A stretch of DNA of 29,877 nucleotides from a virus (IMGVR_UViG_3300020045_006040:1-29877); one strand, 5' to 3'; positions 9,721-18,784 are shown, counted from the first letter of the stretch. Numbers and translations: made by a program. Notes: generated by a model from the letters alone, not told the origin.

Positions 9721-10283
9721 ACGGATATAATAGGAAATGTAAAGACAGCGTCGGAGGTGTTCGAAAAGTTTGGCTATGTAAATATGTGAAATATTCTCGA
9801 AGCCAAATTTTAACAGACGGCAATATATTAGTTTCTTTTCCTGATACTTTCATTTATTCGTTTCATAGCGTGGAGGCTTCGAATGCTTCTGAATCAATGG
9901 AGCAAACAGATGGGGGTAAGTTTTTTAATCAAAGTATTTCAGTAGCTTTTCAAGGAGCAGACCCTAAAGAGATTGAGTTGTTGCAAAATATAGATTTTAG
10001 AATTTTATATTTAGACAATAACGGAATTTATAAGATTTTTGGTTTACATAATGGAATGGAGGCGGGAACTATTGTATATGAAACCGGTTTTTCTAAATCT
10101 TCTTTAAACGGGTTTAGAATAAACTTTACAGGAAAAGAAAAAGAAGAAGCTATTTTTGTGGTAGATTTAGAAACAGTTGGGTTTATTAAAGAAGATACGG
10201 TAGTCGAACATTATTTACTATTGCAAAATTTAGACTTTTTTATATTGGAAAATAATGATAATTTAATTTTACAAAATGGCTAA
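9708..10283 (+). CDS. Tail-tube-like structural protein (paralog of 6705-7214)
   Basis: Shared CK.S.GGV, D.NGIY...G...G, TG..K..LNG motifs. Confidence 0.55.
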   Translation: MEIVNGYNRKCKDSVGGVRKVWLCKYVKYSRSQILTDGNILVSFPDTFIYSFHSVEASNASESMEQTDGGKFFNQSISVAFQGADPKEIELLQNIDFRILYLDNNGIYKIFGLHNGMEAGTIVYETGFSKSSLNGFRINFTGKEKEEAIFVVDLETVGFIKEDTVVEHYLLLQNLDFFILENNDNLILQNG

Positions 10284-10674
10284 TAGAAAATTAACAGCAC
10301 TACCTGAATTAACTGCATTAGATGATAATGACTGGGATTACGCTGTAGATATATCTGATATTTCGGAAAGTACACAAGGGACAAGTAAGAAAGTAAGGAA
10401 ATCTACTCTATGGGAGTATATACGTATAAAAACAGATGCCAGATATGGTACAGTTATAGCAATTATAAATCAAAGATATCCGGGAGCAGGACAAAGCTAT
10501 ATATTGCCAAATGGTGCAATTGCGATAGAAGCACATATAAACGAAGCGGTTCAGTTTCTAGAAGACCCATCATATGCATCTGACTTGAATACATTTACAC
10601 AAACAGGAATAACGGTAACGTTTAAAAAAACAATAACAGCAGGGCAAAGAATTAGGATTAAATATTATCTTTAA
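10276..10674 (+). CDS. Fibre-attachment/structural protein
   Basis: MANRKLTALPEL N-terminus resembles the KISELP-type start of phage fibre proteins. Confidence 0.45.
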   Translation: MANRKLTALPELTALDDNDWDYAVDISDISESTQGTSKKVRKSTLWEYIRIKTDARYGTVIAIINQRYPGAGQSYILPNGAIAIEAHINEAVQFLEDPSYASDLNTFTQTGITVTFKKTITAGQRIRIKYYL

Positions 10675-10705
10675 CAAGTCTAAATACAAATAATAAATTA
10701 CACCA

Positions 10706-12466
10706 ATGAAAAAAATACTTTTATTTTTACTTTTATCGATTGCGGGATACGGGCAAGTAAGTACAGGGCAAGAACAGGAATTTGACTACGGAATAAAAAA
10801 CAATTCTACGCAAACCATCACAAACCCAAACACGTTAGTAACTCAAGGTGCAGACGGTACTTATGGAAAAGCATCGGTAAACAACATCCCTATTTCAATT
10901 CCGGTTCAAGATAGTTTAAATAAAAAACTAAACTTACCTACTGGATTTCTACAAGGATTGCAATTATCGGTAAATGTAGACCCTACAAAGTTTAATATCG
11001 CAGCAGGTTATTACGTGGTTACTGATTTTTCAACCTTGACTCAACCAGTTGTTAAAATTATATCTTATGCGGGTGCAACGGGATTAAGCCCTGCTTACCT
11101 ATTAACGGCAAATAGTACTTATGTAGCGTTAGACATTAATGGAGCTTTGGTGTCGAGCGCATCTCCTTTTACAGACGCTCAAAGGCGTACATTAGCTTTA
11201 GTTGGTAATGTAGTACATCCAAATCACACCACAATAAATAATACCAATGAGATAAAAGCTCCGATAGTTGCAATTGGAAATCAACTGCACGATTTTATGA
11301 AGGCTATTGGCTTCTTGAATGAAAACGGCAATATTTACAGTGCGAACGGCGCAAATTTAATGTTGAATAAGTCGTCAGGAGATATTTTCGGAATGGGTAT
11401 AAATTCAGCAGATTATTTAAACCCACATAAATTAACAATACCCGCTCAAACCGCTATAACTTTTGCGTATAGGTTTCAAAATGGAGTTCAAACAGCAGAC
11501 ACACAAAACATTAATCCTAATATTTATGATGTTGGCGGAGTTTCAACAGCCGTGCCAGTTGGCAGTCGTTGGACAGTTCAAAGGATTAATTTATTTCAAT
11601 CAGGAATAGCACGCATACAACCGGGGCAAACTGTTTATACGTCATTTAATGACGCTGTCATGTCTTTACCTACTCAACCATTTGTAACTGAACAAAATAT
11701 TGCTGATAATGCTGTGTTTAGATGTTATTTAATAGTTCAACAAGGTACAACTAATTTAGCAAGTGCGGTTGCAGGTGGTACAGCTCAATTCGTGCCAGTT
11801 GATAAATTTGGAAATATTATTGGTAATGGTAGTGTTGCTTTGACTTATAGTAATATCGTGGCGGCTTTAGGATATACGCCGGCAAATGATGTTGATGTAG
11901 TTAAATTAGCAGGAGATCAAACGCTTACAGGATTGAAAACATTAGACAACGGAGAGATTAAATTTAAAAGTTTAACAACAGGCACTTACAACAGTATATA
12001 TTTTTCAGATGATGAATTTTCAACTAAAATATATGCAGATGCTACCCCGTCATTTTCTGTAAAAGCAGGTAATTTAAATTTATTGAATAGTGCGAAAACT
12101 TTTTTTACAACTTTTCAGAACCCTGATTTAATAGGAAACGTTACGATTAATACTCCTACGGAAAGCGGAAAACTGGCATTGACAAAATTAATCGTCCGTA
12201 AAATATCAACAAATACAACACTTGCAAATACCGATAACGGGACTATAATATTATTAACCGCATCGTGTACGGTAACTTTGCCTAATGGCCTAATGAGTGG
12301 TTTTAATTGTTCTTTTTCTACTCAAACAGGCGTCACAATGACATACGCATTAGGAGGTTCAGTAGTTTTAATAAATAATACAGGGACAACAATGGCAGAA
12401 AAATTAAGCCATACAATAGTAAATACAGGAGTTTCTAACGAATATTTAACAGCAGGTTCATTATGA
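10706..12466 (+). CDS. Tail fibre-like protein with signal-peptide-like N-terminus
   Basis: Thr/Asn/Gly-rich; ALGYTPAND and GDQTLTGLKT fibre motifs; MKKILLFLLLSIAGYG-Q. Confidence 0.6.
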   Translation: MKKILLFLLLSIAGYGQVSTGQEQEFDYGIKNNSTQTITNPNTLVTQGADGTYGKASVNNIPISIPVQDSLNKKLNLPTGFLQGLQLSVNVDPTKFNIAAGYYVVTDFSTLTQPVVKIISYAGATGLSPAYLLTANSTYVALDINGALVSSASPFTDAQRRTLALVGNVVHPNHTTINNTNEIKAPIVAIGNQLHDFMKAIGFLNENGNIYSANGANLMLNKSSGDIFGMGINSADYLNPHKLTIPAQTAITFAYRFQNGVQTADTQNINPNIYDVGGVSTAVPVGSRWTVQRINLFQSGIARIQPGQTVYTSFNDAVMSLPTQPFVTEQNIADNAVFRCYLIVQQGTTNLASAVAGGTAQFVPVDKFGNIIGNGSVALTYSNIVAALGYTPANDVDVVKLAGDQTLTGLKTLDNGEIKFKSLTTGTYNSIYFSDDEFSTKIYADATPSFSVKAGNLNLLNSAKTFFTTFQNPDLIGNVTINTPTESGKLALTKLIVRKISTNTTLANTDNGTIILLTASCTVTLPNGLMSGFNCSFSTQTGVTMTYALGGSVVLINNTGTTMAEKLSHTIVNTGVSNEYLTAGSL

Positions 12467-13188
12467 GAAAGTATATAATTTTATTACTGCTTTGTGGTTT
12501 TATTGGAAACGCACAATATAATTTATTTGCAAGACAAAATTTTGCAAAAAAAACAAGTATATCTACATTATGGGATGGGTTAGTTTCATTATATAAATTA
12601 GATGAGATAACAGGCACTTTAGCGAATGATAGTTATGGAGCTGCTCACCTAACAAACACAGGAATAACAATAAATCAAACGGGTAAGTTAGGAACTTCAT
12701 ACGCCTCAACATCTGCGGGTCAAAATCTAAATGCGACAGGAGTTGCGGCTATTACAGGTAATTTTACAATGAACGTATGGTGTTATAGAATGGGCAATAC
12801 AACTGTAGATAACATATCTATATTCGAACAAGGAGATTACGGCGCCGGTTTTGGTATATGGCTAAAAAGCAATAACTACGTAGGGTGGTTTATAAATACA
12901 AATTATAATAACTACATTTTATCCAACCCCCTACCTTTGAATGACTGGGTTATGATAACCATAACGTATGACGGAACCTATGTGAAATTATATCAAAACG
13001 GCGCTTTGATGAATGCATGGGCTTTTTCAACAAATCCATTATCAGCAACTACTAGAAGGATGTTTAACAGGACATCAAACACAGATGCGTATATAGGTAG
13101 ATTAGATAACGCATCTGTATTTAATAGAGCATTGACGTTAAGCGAAATAGCTAGCCATTATAACGGGGGATCAGGCATAACTTTATAA
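12463..13188 (+). CDS. LamG/concanavalin A-like lectin domain protein with signal-peptide-like N-terminus
   Basis: GLVSLYKLDE, FT..VW, W..ITITYDG...KLY.NG, G.LD...VFNRAL...EI...YN. Confidence 0.8.
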   Translation: MRKYIILLLLCGFIGNAQYNLFARQNFAKKTSISTLWDGLVSLYKLDEITGTLANDSYGAAHLTNTGITINQTGKLGTSYASTSAGQNLNATGVAAITGNFTMNVWCYRMGNTTVDNISIFEQGDYGAGFGIWLKSNNYVGWFINTNYNNYILSNPLPLNDWVMITITYDGTYVKLYQNGALMNAWAFSTNPLSATTRRMFNRTSNTDAYIGRLDNASVFNRALTLSEIASHYNGGSGITL

Positions 13189-13199
13189 AACAGAATAAC

Positions 13200-13580
13200 A
13201 TGAAAGTAATATCTAAAACAAAAGCAATTCTAGTAAATGACCGTGAGGGAAAACTAGAGGAATTTATTCAAATCAGAATTAAACAAACTGACAGAAATTC
13301 AGAAACACGTGAGTTTACATTTGAGACTAAGGATATTTTAGTTTTAAATAAAGGATTAGAAAATGAAAGTTTTCAAGTTCATAAGAATAGAAATGGCGAT
13401 GAGTGTATTTACTATCATAAAAAAACTTTTGCTCAATACAAACAGCAAAAAGCAGCTTTAAAATTATTATATCCTACGACATTAACAGGTGATGATTTAG
13501 ACGATTATTTACTGCAATTGGTATTATTAGACGACGTGACAAAAGCGGGTTATTACGGTGTTGAATTTGAAAAAATGTAA
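13200..13580 (+). CDS. Hypothetical protein
   Basis: 126 aa ORF in operon. Confidence 0.6.
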   Translation: MKVISKTKAILVNDREGKLEEFIQIRIKQTDRNSETREFTFETKDILVLNKGLENESFQVHKNRNGDECIYYHKKTFAQYKQQKAALKLLYPTTLTGDDLDDYLLQLVLLDDVTKAGYYGVEFEKM

Positions 13581-13599
13581 CTTTAAAATTAAATATAAT

Positions 13600-13833
13600 A
13601 TGAAAACAAGATTAATTACATGGCTCATTACATTGAGCGCGCTTTTAGATACTCTTTACGGGGTATTGGCTGAAAATTCAGGATTATTGGCAGAATTGGG
13701 TATTTCTCCAAAAGTAACTAAAGTTATTTTAGTTGTAGGTTTGATTTGGACAGCTTTTAGTAAAAAATTGGAGTTGACTAAACCAACTGATACTCAAAGT
13801 ATTCTTGGAACAGACAGGCCAAATGATAGATAA
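13600..13833 (+). CDS. Small membrane protein, holin candidate
   Basis: Two hydrophobic segments; lysis region; ATG 13600 preferred. Confidence 0.5.
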   Translation: MKTRLITWLITLSALLDTLYGVLAENSGLLAELGISPKVTKVILVVGLIWTAFSKKLELTKPTDTQSILGTDRPNDR

Positions 13834-14110
13834 TAAATTAATATTATATCTATCTTTAGTATTTGCCGTGGCCGCCGATATGGTTCACGGCTTTTATTAT
13901 ATTGGCACGGCTTTATTTTTTATGTTAATTTCTTTGTATATTTTCATTGGTGATAAGTATAGTTTCGTTAAATTTGTGTTATTATGGCTTTCGGTTTGGA
14001 ACTTATTCAAAGAATTATTTTTAGACCCGTTGCATTTTGACGCTAAAGAAATGGCTATAATTATTTCGGTAATAATAGTTAGATTATTTTACAAACAAAA
14101 AACCTACTAA
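13823..14110 (+). CDS. Multi-pass membrane protein (lysis region)
   Basis: 3-4 hydrophobic helices; ATG 13823. Confidence 0.55.
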   Translation: MIDNKLILYLSLVFAVAADMVHGFYYIGTALFFMLISLYIFIGDKYSFVKFVLLWLSVWNLFKELFLDPLHFDAKEMAIIISVIIVRLFYKQKTY

Positions 14111-14115
14111 TACGC

Positions 14116-14427
14116 ATGGAAGATTTAAAAGCAATTAAATACGACGTTGAAAAATTAACTAGACATTTAACACGACAAGAACAATCTACAGCAGAAAACC
14201 AACAATTATTACTAGAAATAAAGCATACTTTAGTAGGTAATACTATAAATGGAAATGATGGACTTGTTCAAGATGTTAGTAGAACAATAAGCAAAGTTGA
14301 TTCTTTAGAAAAGATAGTCTTAAATTTAGTTGAATTAAGTCTTTTTATAAAATGGTTTTTTGGAATATTAGGAGCGTCTGGAATTGGTTTCTTGGTAGTT
14401 AAATTACTTGAAATAAAACAGCATTGA
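14116..14427 (+). CDS. Coiled-coil protein with C-terminal TM helix, holin/antiholin candidate
   Basis: Immediately upstream of endolysin; C-terminal hydrophobic segment. Confidence 0.5.
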   Translation: MEDLKAIKYDVEKLTRHLTRQEQSTAENQQLLLEIKHTLVGNTINGNDGLVQDVSRTISKVDSLEKIVLNLVELSLFIKWFFGILGASGIGFLVVKLLEIKQH

Positions 14428-14429
14428 TT

Positions 14430-14969
14430 ATGATAACCGAAAACGAATACAAAAATTTAGCCAAAGAGTTTGATATTTCAGTCTCAAAAGTAAAATCAAT
14501 AGATAGCGTAGAAAGTAATGGAGAAGGATTTGATCCAAAAACACATAAAATAATTATACAGTTTGAACCTCGTTATTTTAAAAGAATAAGCCGGTTAATT
14601 TCTGGAATTTGGTCATTAAACAAAGTTGACATACAAAGGCAAGAATGGAAATCATTTAATGATGCTTTTGCTAAAAATCCAACCGCCGCAATGGAAAGTA
14701 CTTCAATTGGCCGCATGCAGGTTATGGGGGAACATTGGAAAAGATTAGGCTTTAAAGACGTAAATCAAATGTGGGATTTTGCCAAAGATTCTGAAATGAA
14801 CCAACTTTGGTTAGGATTGAAATTTATTGAAACAGATAAAAAATTATTTGAAGCGGTTAAAATTTGGGACACAAAAAAAGTTGCTTATTATTATAACGGA
14901 AAAAATTACTGGATTAAAGGCTACGATAAAAAACTAGAATCGGCCGAAATTAAATATAGGATTATATGA
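14430..14969 (+). CDS. Endolysin, N-acetylmuramidase (DUF3380/PF11860-like)
   Basis: VES.G.GF, I.FE..YF, A..STS.G..QVMG.HW..LG, YNG..Y...YD.KL motifs. Confidence 0.85.
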   Translation: MITENEYKNLAKEFDISVSKVKSIDSVESNGEGFDPKTHKIIIQFEPRYFKRISRLISGIWSLNKVDIQRQEWKSFNDAFAKNPTAAMESTSIGRMQVMGEHWKRLGFKDVNQMWDFAKDSEMNQLWLGLKFIETDKKLFEAVKIWDTKKVAYYYNGKNYWIKGYDKKLESAEIKYRII

Positions 14970-15373
14970 GACTACTAATTTCCACTATTTTAGCAATTAT
15001 TATTTTATCTTTTCTATTTGGATGCGGAACTAGGAAAACAGATACCCAACAATTAGAAAACATAGCAATCGAAAATAAATACGATACAGGCTCGAAAATA
15101 GTATTAGGCAATACTTTTACGTATAAGCCTTTTGACCCGTTGAAAGTTATGGTTATTGAAGGAAAAACGTATAGTAATGCGATTGTTAGTAATGATAAAT
15201 CTATTGTAAAAGAAGTATGGAAACGAGAAACTAAATATAAAACAATTACCATTGAAAAAACAAAAGCCACAATTCGAGAGAATCATGATTTTCTATACAT
15301 CGGTTTATTTTTAGTATTAGTATTTGGCGTTTTAGCTTGGTTTAAATTGCCTAGTTTTAGAAAGGGCATTTAG
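14966..15373 (+). CDS. Unimolecular spanin candidate
   Basis: Lipoprotein signal (LFGC) plus C-terminal TM helix, directly after endolysin. Confidence 0.65.
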   Translation: MRLLISTILAIIILSFLFGCGTRKTDTQQLENIAIENKYDTGSKIVLGNTFTYKPFDPLKVMVIEGKTYSNAIVSNDKSIVKEVWKRETKYKTITIEKTKATIRENHDFLYIGLFLVLVFGVLAWFKLPSFRKGI

Positions 15374-15536
15374 ATTTAACTTTTGGAATTAGACTATCAT
15401 ATTCCATTTTTATTTTTTCCGCTATTGCATCACGAATAAATTTACCAACATCAACGTTATACGACTTCATTTTTTGAAGTGTTTTTAATTGACTTTCTGA
15501 AATACGCACAACCTTTGTTTTAGTGTAAAATTTCAT
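15357..15536 (-). CDS. Ribbon-helix-helix-like DNA-binding protein (59 aa), not in ORF track
   Basis: MKFYTKTKVVRISESQLKTLQKMKSYNVDVGKFIRDAIAEKIKMEYDSLIPKVKSKCPF: strand-helix-helix pattern. Confidence 0.7.
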   Translation of the reverse strand: MKFYTKTKVVRISESQLKTLQKMKSYNVDVGKFIRDAIAEKIKMEYDSLIPKVKSKCPF

Positions 15537-15539
15537 AAT

Positions 15540-15578
15540 TGTAATACATTTGTAGCTGTTAGCGAGTAGTTATAAGGC
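15540..15578 (+). other. attI-like left boundary of the cassette array
   Basis: GTTATAAGGC at 15569 matches the cassette-1 right end but has no preceding hairpin; second GTTAG at 15558. Confidence 0.45.
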
Positions 15579-15581
15579 AGT

Positions 15582-16064
15582 TTACGAAAGACGTACATAA
15601 CGACCTTTAATGTCACAATTTTTAAGGATTTCAGCGTTTTCTTCGCCATAAGCAATTAACACACTTGGCGCACCTGCTGTCCCTCCTTTTTCTCCTGTAA
15701 CGTGGTAAAAACTCAATCTGCCTTTTATAAATAATATTGCGGTTGCTTTTTCCCAAACGCATCTAAAAAACATTTTCGTTTCAGTTCTAGCAAAAGTCAA
15801 AGCAATACAATTTCCGTGCATTGATGCTTTTTCTAAAAAATGTTCTGCATACTTTCCGTATGGTGGATTACACCAAACCCTACCTTCCCAATTTTGCATT
15901 AAGCCATTATCGTTTATATTGAAATGCTTTTTTGCCGTGTCCCAAGGTCTATTTATTGGAGAACACGGATCTAAATCAAACTCTCCTAGACTTTTAATAA
16001 TTTGCGGTGGCGTTAGCCATTCGTCTTTTCCTGTTGCTGTATTCCCTTCAAAAGTTACATCCAT
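15582..16064 (-). CDS. Cassette 1: phage DNA N6-adenine methyltransferase (Dam-like, PF05869 type)
   Basis: DEWLTP, FDLDPCS, VWCNPPY motifs. Confidence 0.85.
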   Translation of the reverse strand: MDVTFEGNTATGKDEWLTPPQIIKSLGEFDLDPCSPINRPWDTAKKHFNINDNGLMQNWEGRVWCNPPYGKYAEHFLEKASMHGNCIALTFARTETKMFFRCVWEKATAILFIKGRLSFYHVTGEKGGTAGAPSVLIAYGEENAEILKNCDIKGRYVRLS

Positions 16065-16088
16065 CGTATTTGGTGTTAAAAAACCGCC

Positions 16089-16218
16089 TTATAACAATTG
16101 CTATAAAACAGTTGGGTATTGTGATTAATTTAAACATTTGGACTATCCGAATGCTTGGGTCTTGGCTCGAAGTTTGGGGAATTTCTATCCCAACCGTCTT
16201 ATAGCAAAAACGTTAGCG
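16089..16218 (+). repeat. attC-like site 1 (long class)
   Basis: TAAC 16092...GTTA 16212; arms TTGCTATAAAACAGTTGGG / CCCAACCGTCTTATAGCAA. Confidence 0.8.
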
Positions 16219-16224
16219 GTCAGT

Positions 16225-16521
16225 TTAGTGAGAAGCATTGTAATAACCACTCCAAATCTTCTCTTTGCACTCAAATAAATTTGACAATTGCTTGCTTAAA
16301 TTATATTCACGCATTGGATTTCTACAAGTATCTATTTCTTTTTCTAAGTCTTTAATTCTTTGCTCAACCATTTGCTCAAACATTTCAGGAATATTATCTT
16401 GAATTTCTTTTATTATTTCATTTTGAAACTTTGCTAAATCTTCTAATTCTTTACGTTTTGGAATACCTAACATAAATTTAGTAGTTAGTTTTAATAATTT
16501 ATTTGTTACTTTTTTTGACAT
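16225..16521 (-). CDS. Cassette 2: hypothetical helical protein
   Basis: 98 aa ORF filling the cassette. Confidence 0.7.
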   Translation of the reverse strand: MSKKVTNKLLKLTTKFMLGIPKRKELEDLAKFQNEIIKEIQDNIPEMFEQMVEQRIKDLEKEIDTCRNPMREYNLSKQLSNLFECKEKIWSGYYNASH

Positions 16522-16546
16522 AATATTTGGTGTTATAAAACCGAAC

Positions 16547-16678
16547 CGCTAACAATGCATAACACTAATTACGGTTTCTGTCTTGAATTTATAGTTTAGT
16601 TTGTATCAGTGATACGGTTTTTGTATTTATAGTTTCGGCTTACTTAACCCGTAACTAGAGTTATGCTCAACGTTATGG
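16547..16678 (+). repeat. attC-like site 2 (long)
   Basis: TAAC 16550...GTTA 16672; arms GCATAACACTAATTACGG / CCGTAACTAGAGTTATGC. Confidence 0.8.
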
Positions 16679-16708
16679 TGCATTGCTCGATTATCATTCA
16701 TAAGAACT

Positions 16709-17242
16709 TTATTTCACGTATGAAGTAAATTCCGTTCCTCTATCACAAAACGAATTTACCATTGAGCAAACAAGTCCAAATGACATTCCTGAATGACCTT
16801 GATTTTCAATAAGCGGTTTTACTTTTTCAAGTTCTTCGCCTTTGTTTAATTGTTCAACTATTTCAAGGCAATTTCCTAATTCCATTCCTTGATATAAATC
16901 TCCTAATCTAATCGGAACACATTTTACCCATAATTCAAGATATTTTTCATCCAATATCTCTTTTCCTTTTTCAATCCATTGTTTTGTTAGTTCAGGAATT
17001 GCTTCTTCGTGCTTTCTTTTTTGTTCTTGGTATTCCTCGCTTCTTTTTCTTTCTGCTTCATCACATTCAGCTTTTGTTTTACCTGTAATTTTTACATAAG
17101 CAGAATCTAAATCATCAATATCGGAATATAATTTTTGTCCATTAAATATACCAAAAACCAATTCTTTATGGCTTTTCAATTCTTTTACCGCTGATTCGAT
17201 ATTTCCGAATCCAAATTCAATTTCTTTGTACACTTTTTTCAT
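16709..17242 (-). CDS. Cassette 3: hypothetical protein (177 aa, MKKVYKEIEF...)
   Basis: Start revised to ATG 17242; the ORF-track extension reads through site 3. Confidence 0.75.
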   Translation of the reverse strand: MKKVYKEIEFGFGNIESAVKELKSHKELVFGIFNGQKLYSDIDDLDSAYVKITGKTKAECDEAERKRSEEYQEQKRKHEEAIPELTKQWIEKGKEILDEKYLELWVKCVPIRLGDLYQGMELGNCLEIVEQLNKGEELEKVKPLIENQGHSGMSFGLVCSMVNSFCDRGTEFTSYVK

Positions 17243-17274
17243 AATAACATTTAGTTTTAGCAACCCACAACGCA

Positions 17275-17404
17275 CCATAACAGTCGTTTGTAGCAAGACT
17301 GCATTGTCTTGTGTTTGAGTGGTCGGGTTTAATTTATAAATTAGTTTTTGCTTGTATGATTTGTCTTGAATCAACGTCCTGCTACAAGCGACAGAGCGTT
17401 ATGC
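17275..17404 (+). repeat. attC-like site 3 (long)
   Basis: TAAC 17278...GTTA 17398; arms GTCGTTTGTAGCAAGAC / GTCCTGCTACAAGCGAC. Confidence 0.8.
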
Positions 17405-17410
17405 CTAATA

Positions 17411-17635
17411 CTACGATTCTGACTCGTAGGTATTTAAGCAATTTAAGTTATAATTTATTGGCAGGTTGTTTTTAGAATTATAAACTTTTTGCAATTGCTT
17501 TCTAACTCTTTCCTCTCCTGTTCCATCACAAGCTCCGCAACTTTTTCCGAAATAACCTCCAGTACCTTCGCAGTAATGACAATTTTGTAAATTTGGCTGG
17601 CTTTCTCCGTTTTTTATTCCTTTTTTCCTTCCCAT
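17411..17635 (-). CDS. Cassette 4: DnaJ-type zinc-finger small protein
   Basis: CHYCEGTG and CGACDGTG (CxxCxGxG x2). Confidence 0.7.
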   Translation of the reverse strand: MGRKKGIKNGESQPNLQNCHYCEGTGGYFGKSCGACDGTGEERVRKQLQKVYNSKNNLPINYNLNCLNTYESES

Positions 17636-17671
17636 ATTTTTTATTATTAATATTTACTTTTGCCGTACTAG

Positions 17672-17750
17672 GCATAACACTTGCTACAAGCTACCAGCCG
17701 AATATACGCAACCGCATAGGCTGGCATCTTGTAGCAAGAGAACGTTATAA
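17672..17750 (+). repeat. attC-like site 4 (short)
   Basis: TAAC 17675...GTTA 17744; arms CTTGCTACAAGCTACCAGCC / GGCTGGCATCTTGTAGCAAG. Confidence 0.8.
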
Positions 17751-17754
17751 ACAA

Positions 17755-18054
17755 TTAATCCAAAACAGAGCAATATTCTGGATGAGATAAATTATTTTCT
17801 AACCATTTTTTCACTTCTTCTGTAGTTCCTTCTTCTGATGAATATCCGTAAAATGATGCTCCTCTAAAAGTTCTTCCGTCACAATCACCCTCAAGTTCTT
17901 CTTCAATTTTTCTTTCTATATCTCCTGTGTAATCCTCTATTGAATTACATAAAACCATAGCTTTATTTAATCTTTCTGAGTAATCATAAGCCCAGTTTCC
18001 TCTTAAATCGTTTAATAACTGCCCTAAGCAAGTTTTTAATTCTTCTTGTGTCAT
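17755..18054 (-). CDS. Cassette 5: acidic hypothetical protein
   Basis: 99 aa ORF filling the cassette. Confidence 0.7.
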   Translation of the reverse strand: MTQEELKTCLGQLLNDLRGNWAYDYSERLNKAMVLCNSIEDYTGDIERKIEEELEGDCDGRTFRGASFYGYSSEEGTTEEVKKWLENNLSHPEYCSVLD

Positions 18055-18065
18055 AATTTAACTGT

Positions 18066-18196
18066 TTATAACATCGGTTTTGCTCTATTGCGGTTTAGTG
18101 CTTTACCGATATTCGGTTTGTGTTTGTTAATTTTGTTTTTTAATCTAAACTTTTGGCTTACTTTTCCGCAACAAAGCAAGCCGAGAAACGTTATAA
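18066..18196 (+). repeat. attC-like site 5 (long)
   Basis: TAAC 18069...GTTA 18190; arms TCGGTTTTGCTCTATTGCGG / CCGCAACAAAGCAAGCCGA. Confidence 0.8.
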
Positions 18197-18218
18197 GCTA
18201 GTTTGCCTAAACGACAAC

Positions 18219-18485
18219 TTATCGTTTTTTAAAGTTGTTTCTAGGTTTGTCAAAATATTTATTTCTAGGAATATCATTTATTTTTGGTTCAAACCATTCT
18301 TTATTAAAATTATGTATTTGAATTGGTTCGGGTTCAAACGCTTTATTTTGCATTTCTTCAATTTGTTTTTTATCATTAGCAATTACAATTTCAATTTGTT
18401 GCTTATGAATTTGTTGAATACTTTGCAATGCAAATGCGAGTCCAAGACTGTTACCACATCCTACTAAAACTATTTTTTGTCGCAT
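18219..18485 (-). CDS. Cassette 6: hypothetical protein
   Basis: 88 aa; N-terminus KIVLVGCGNSLG resembles a Rossmann beta-alpha fragment. Confidence 0.65.
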   Translation of the reverse strand: MRQKIVLVGCGNSLGLAFALQSIQQIHKQQIEIVIANDKKQIEEMQNKAFEPEPIQIHNFNKEWFEPKINDIPRNKYFDKPRNNFKKR

Positions 18486-18496
18486 AAAAAACCAGC

Positions 18497-18633
18497 TTAT
18501 AACAGTGGCTACATTTCAGCTTTCGCACTGTTGATTAATTTAAAAATTTGTTTGTACTTGTATTGTTTAGGCAATTCCGAAAGATGGTTTCTTTATCCCA
18601 TCAAGCCGAAACTGTAGCCACGAAACGTTATCA
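18497..18633 (+). repeat. attC-like site 6 (long)
   Basis: TAAC 18500...GTTA 18627; arms GTGGCTACATTTCAGCTT / AAGCCGAAACTGTAGCCAC. Confidence 0.8.
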
Positions 18634-18634
18634 C

Positions 18635-18784
18635 TCAGCTTGAGTGTAACTGCTTAAATTCGTGTGCGGGGGCGTAATACTCTCGACCACCGTCTAATCG
18701 TATCATAATTGCACGCCCATAATAATTATTAAACTCTTTTACAAAAGTTCCTACTTTTCCAGTTAAAACGTGAACATATTTCAT
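18635..18784 (-). CDS. Cassette 7 second gene: 49 aa beta-rich protein, not in ORF track
   Basis: MKYVHVLTGKVGTFVKEFNNYYGRAIMIRLDGGREYYAPAHEFKQLHSS; ATGA overlap with the upstream gene. Confidence 0.65.
   Translation of the reverse strand: MKYVHVLTGKVGTFVKEFNNYYGRAIMIRLDGGREYYAPAHEFKQLHSS

Noticed and set aside
2855-9853. Minus-strand ORFs within structural genes
   Set aside because: Antisense shadows of well-supported plus-strand genes
15919-18467. Plus-strand ORFs 15919, 16007, 16155, 17593, 18153
   Set aside because: Antisense shadows over hairpins and real genes, with no recognisable motifs
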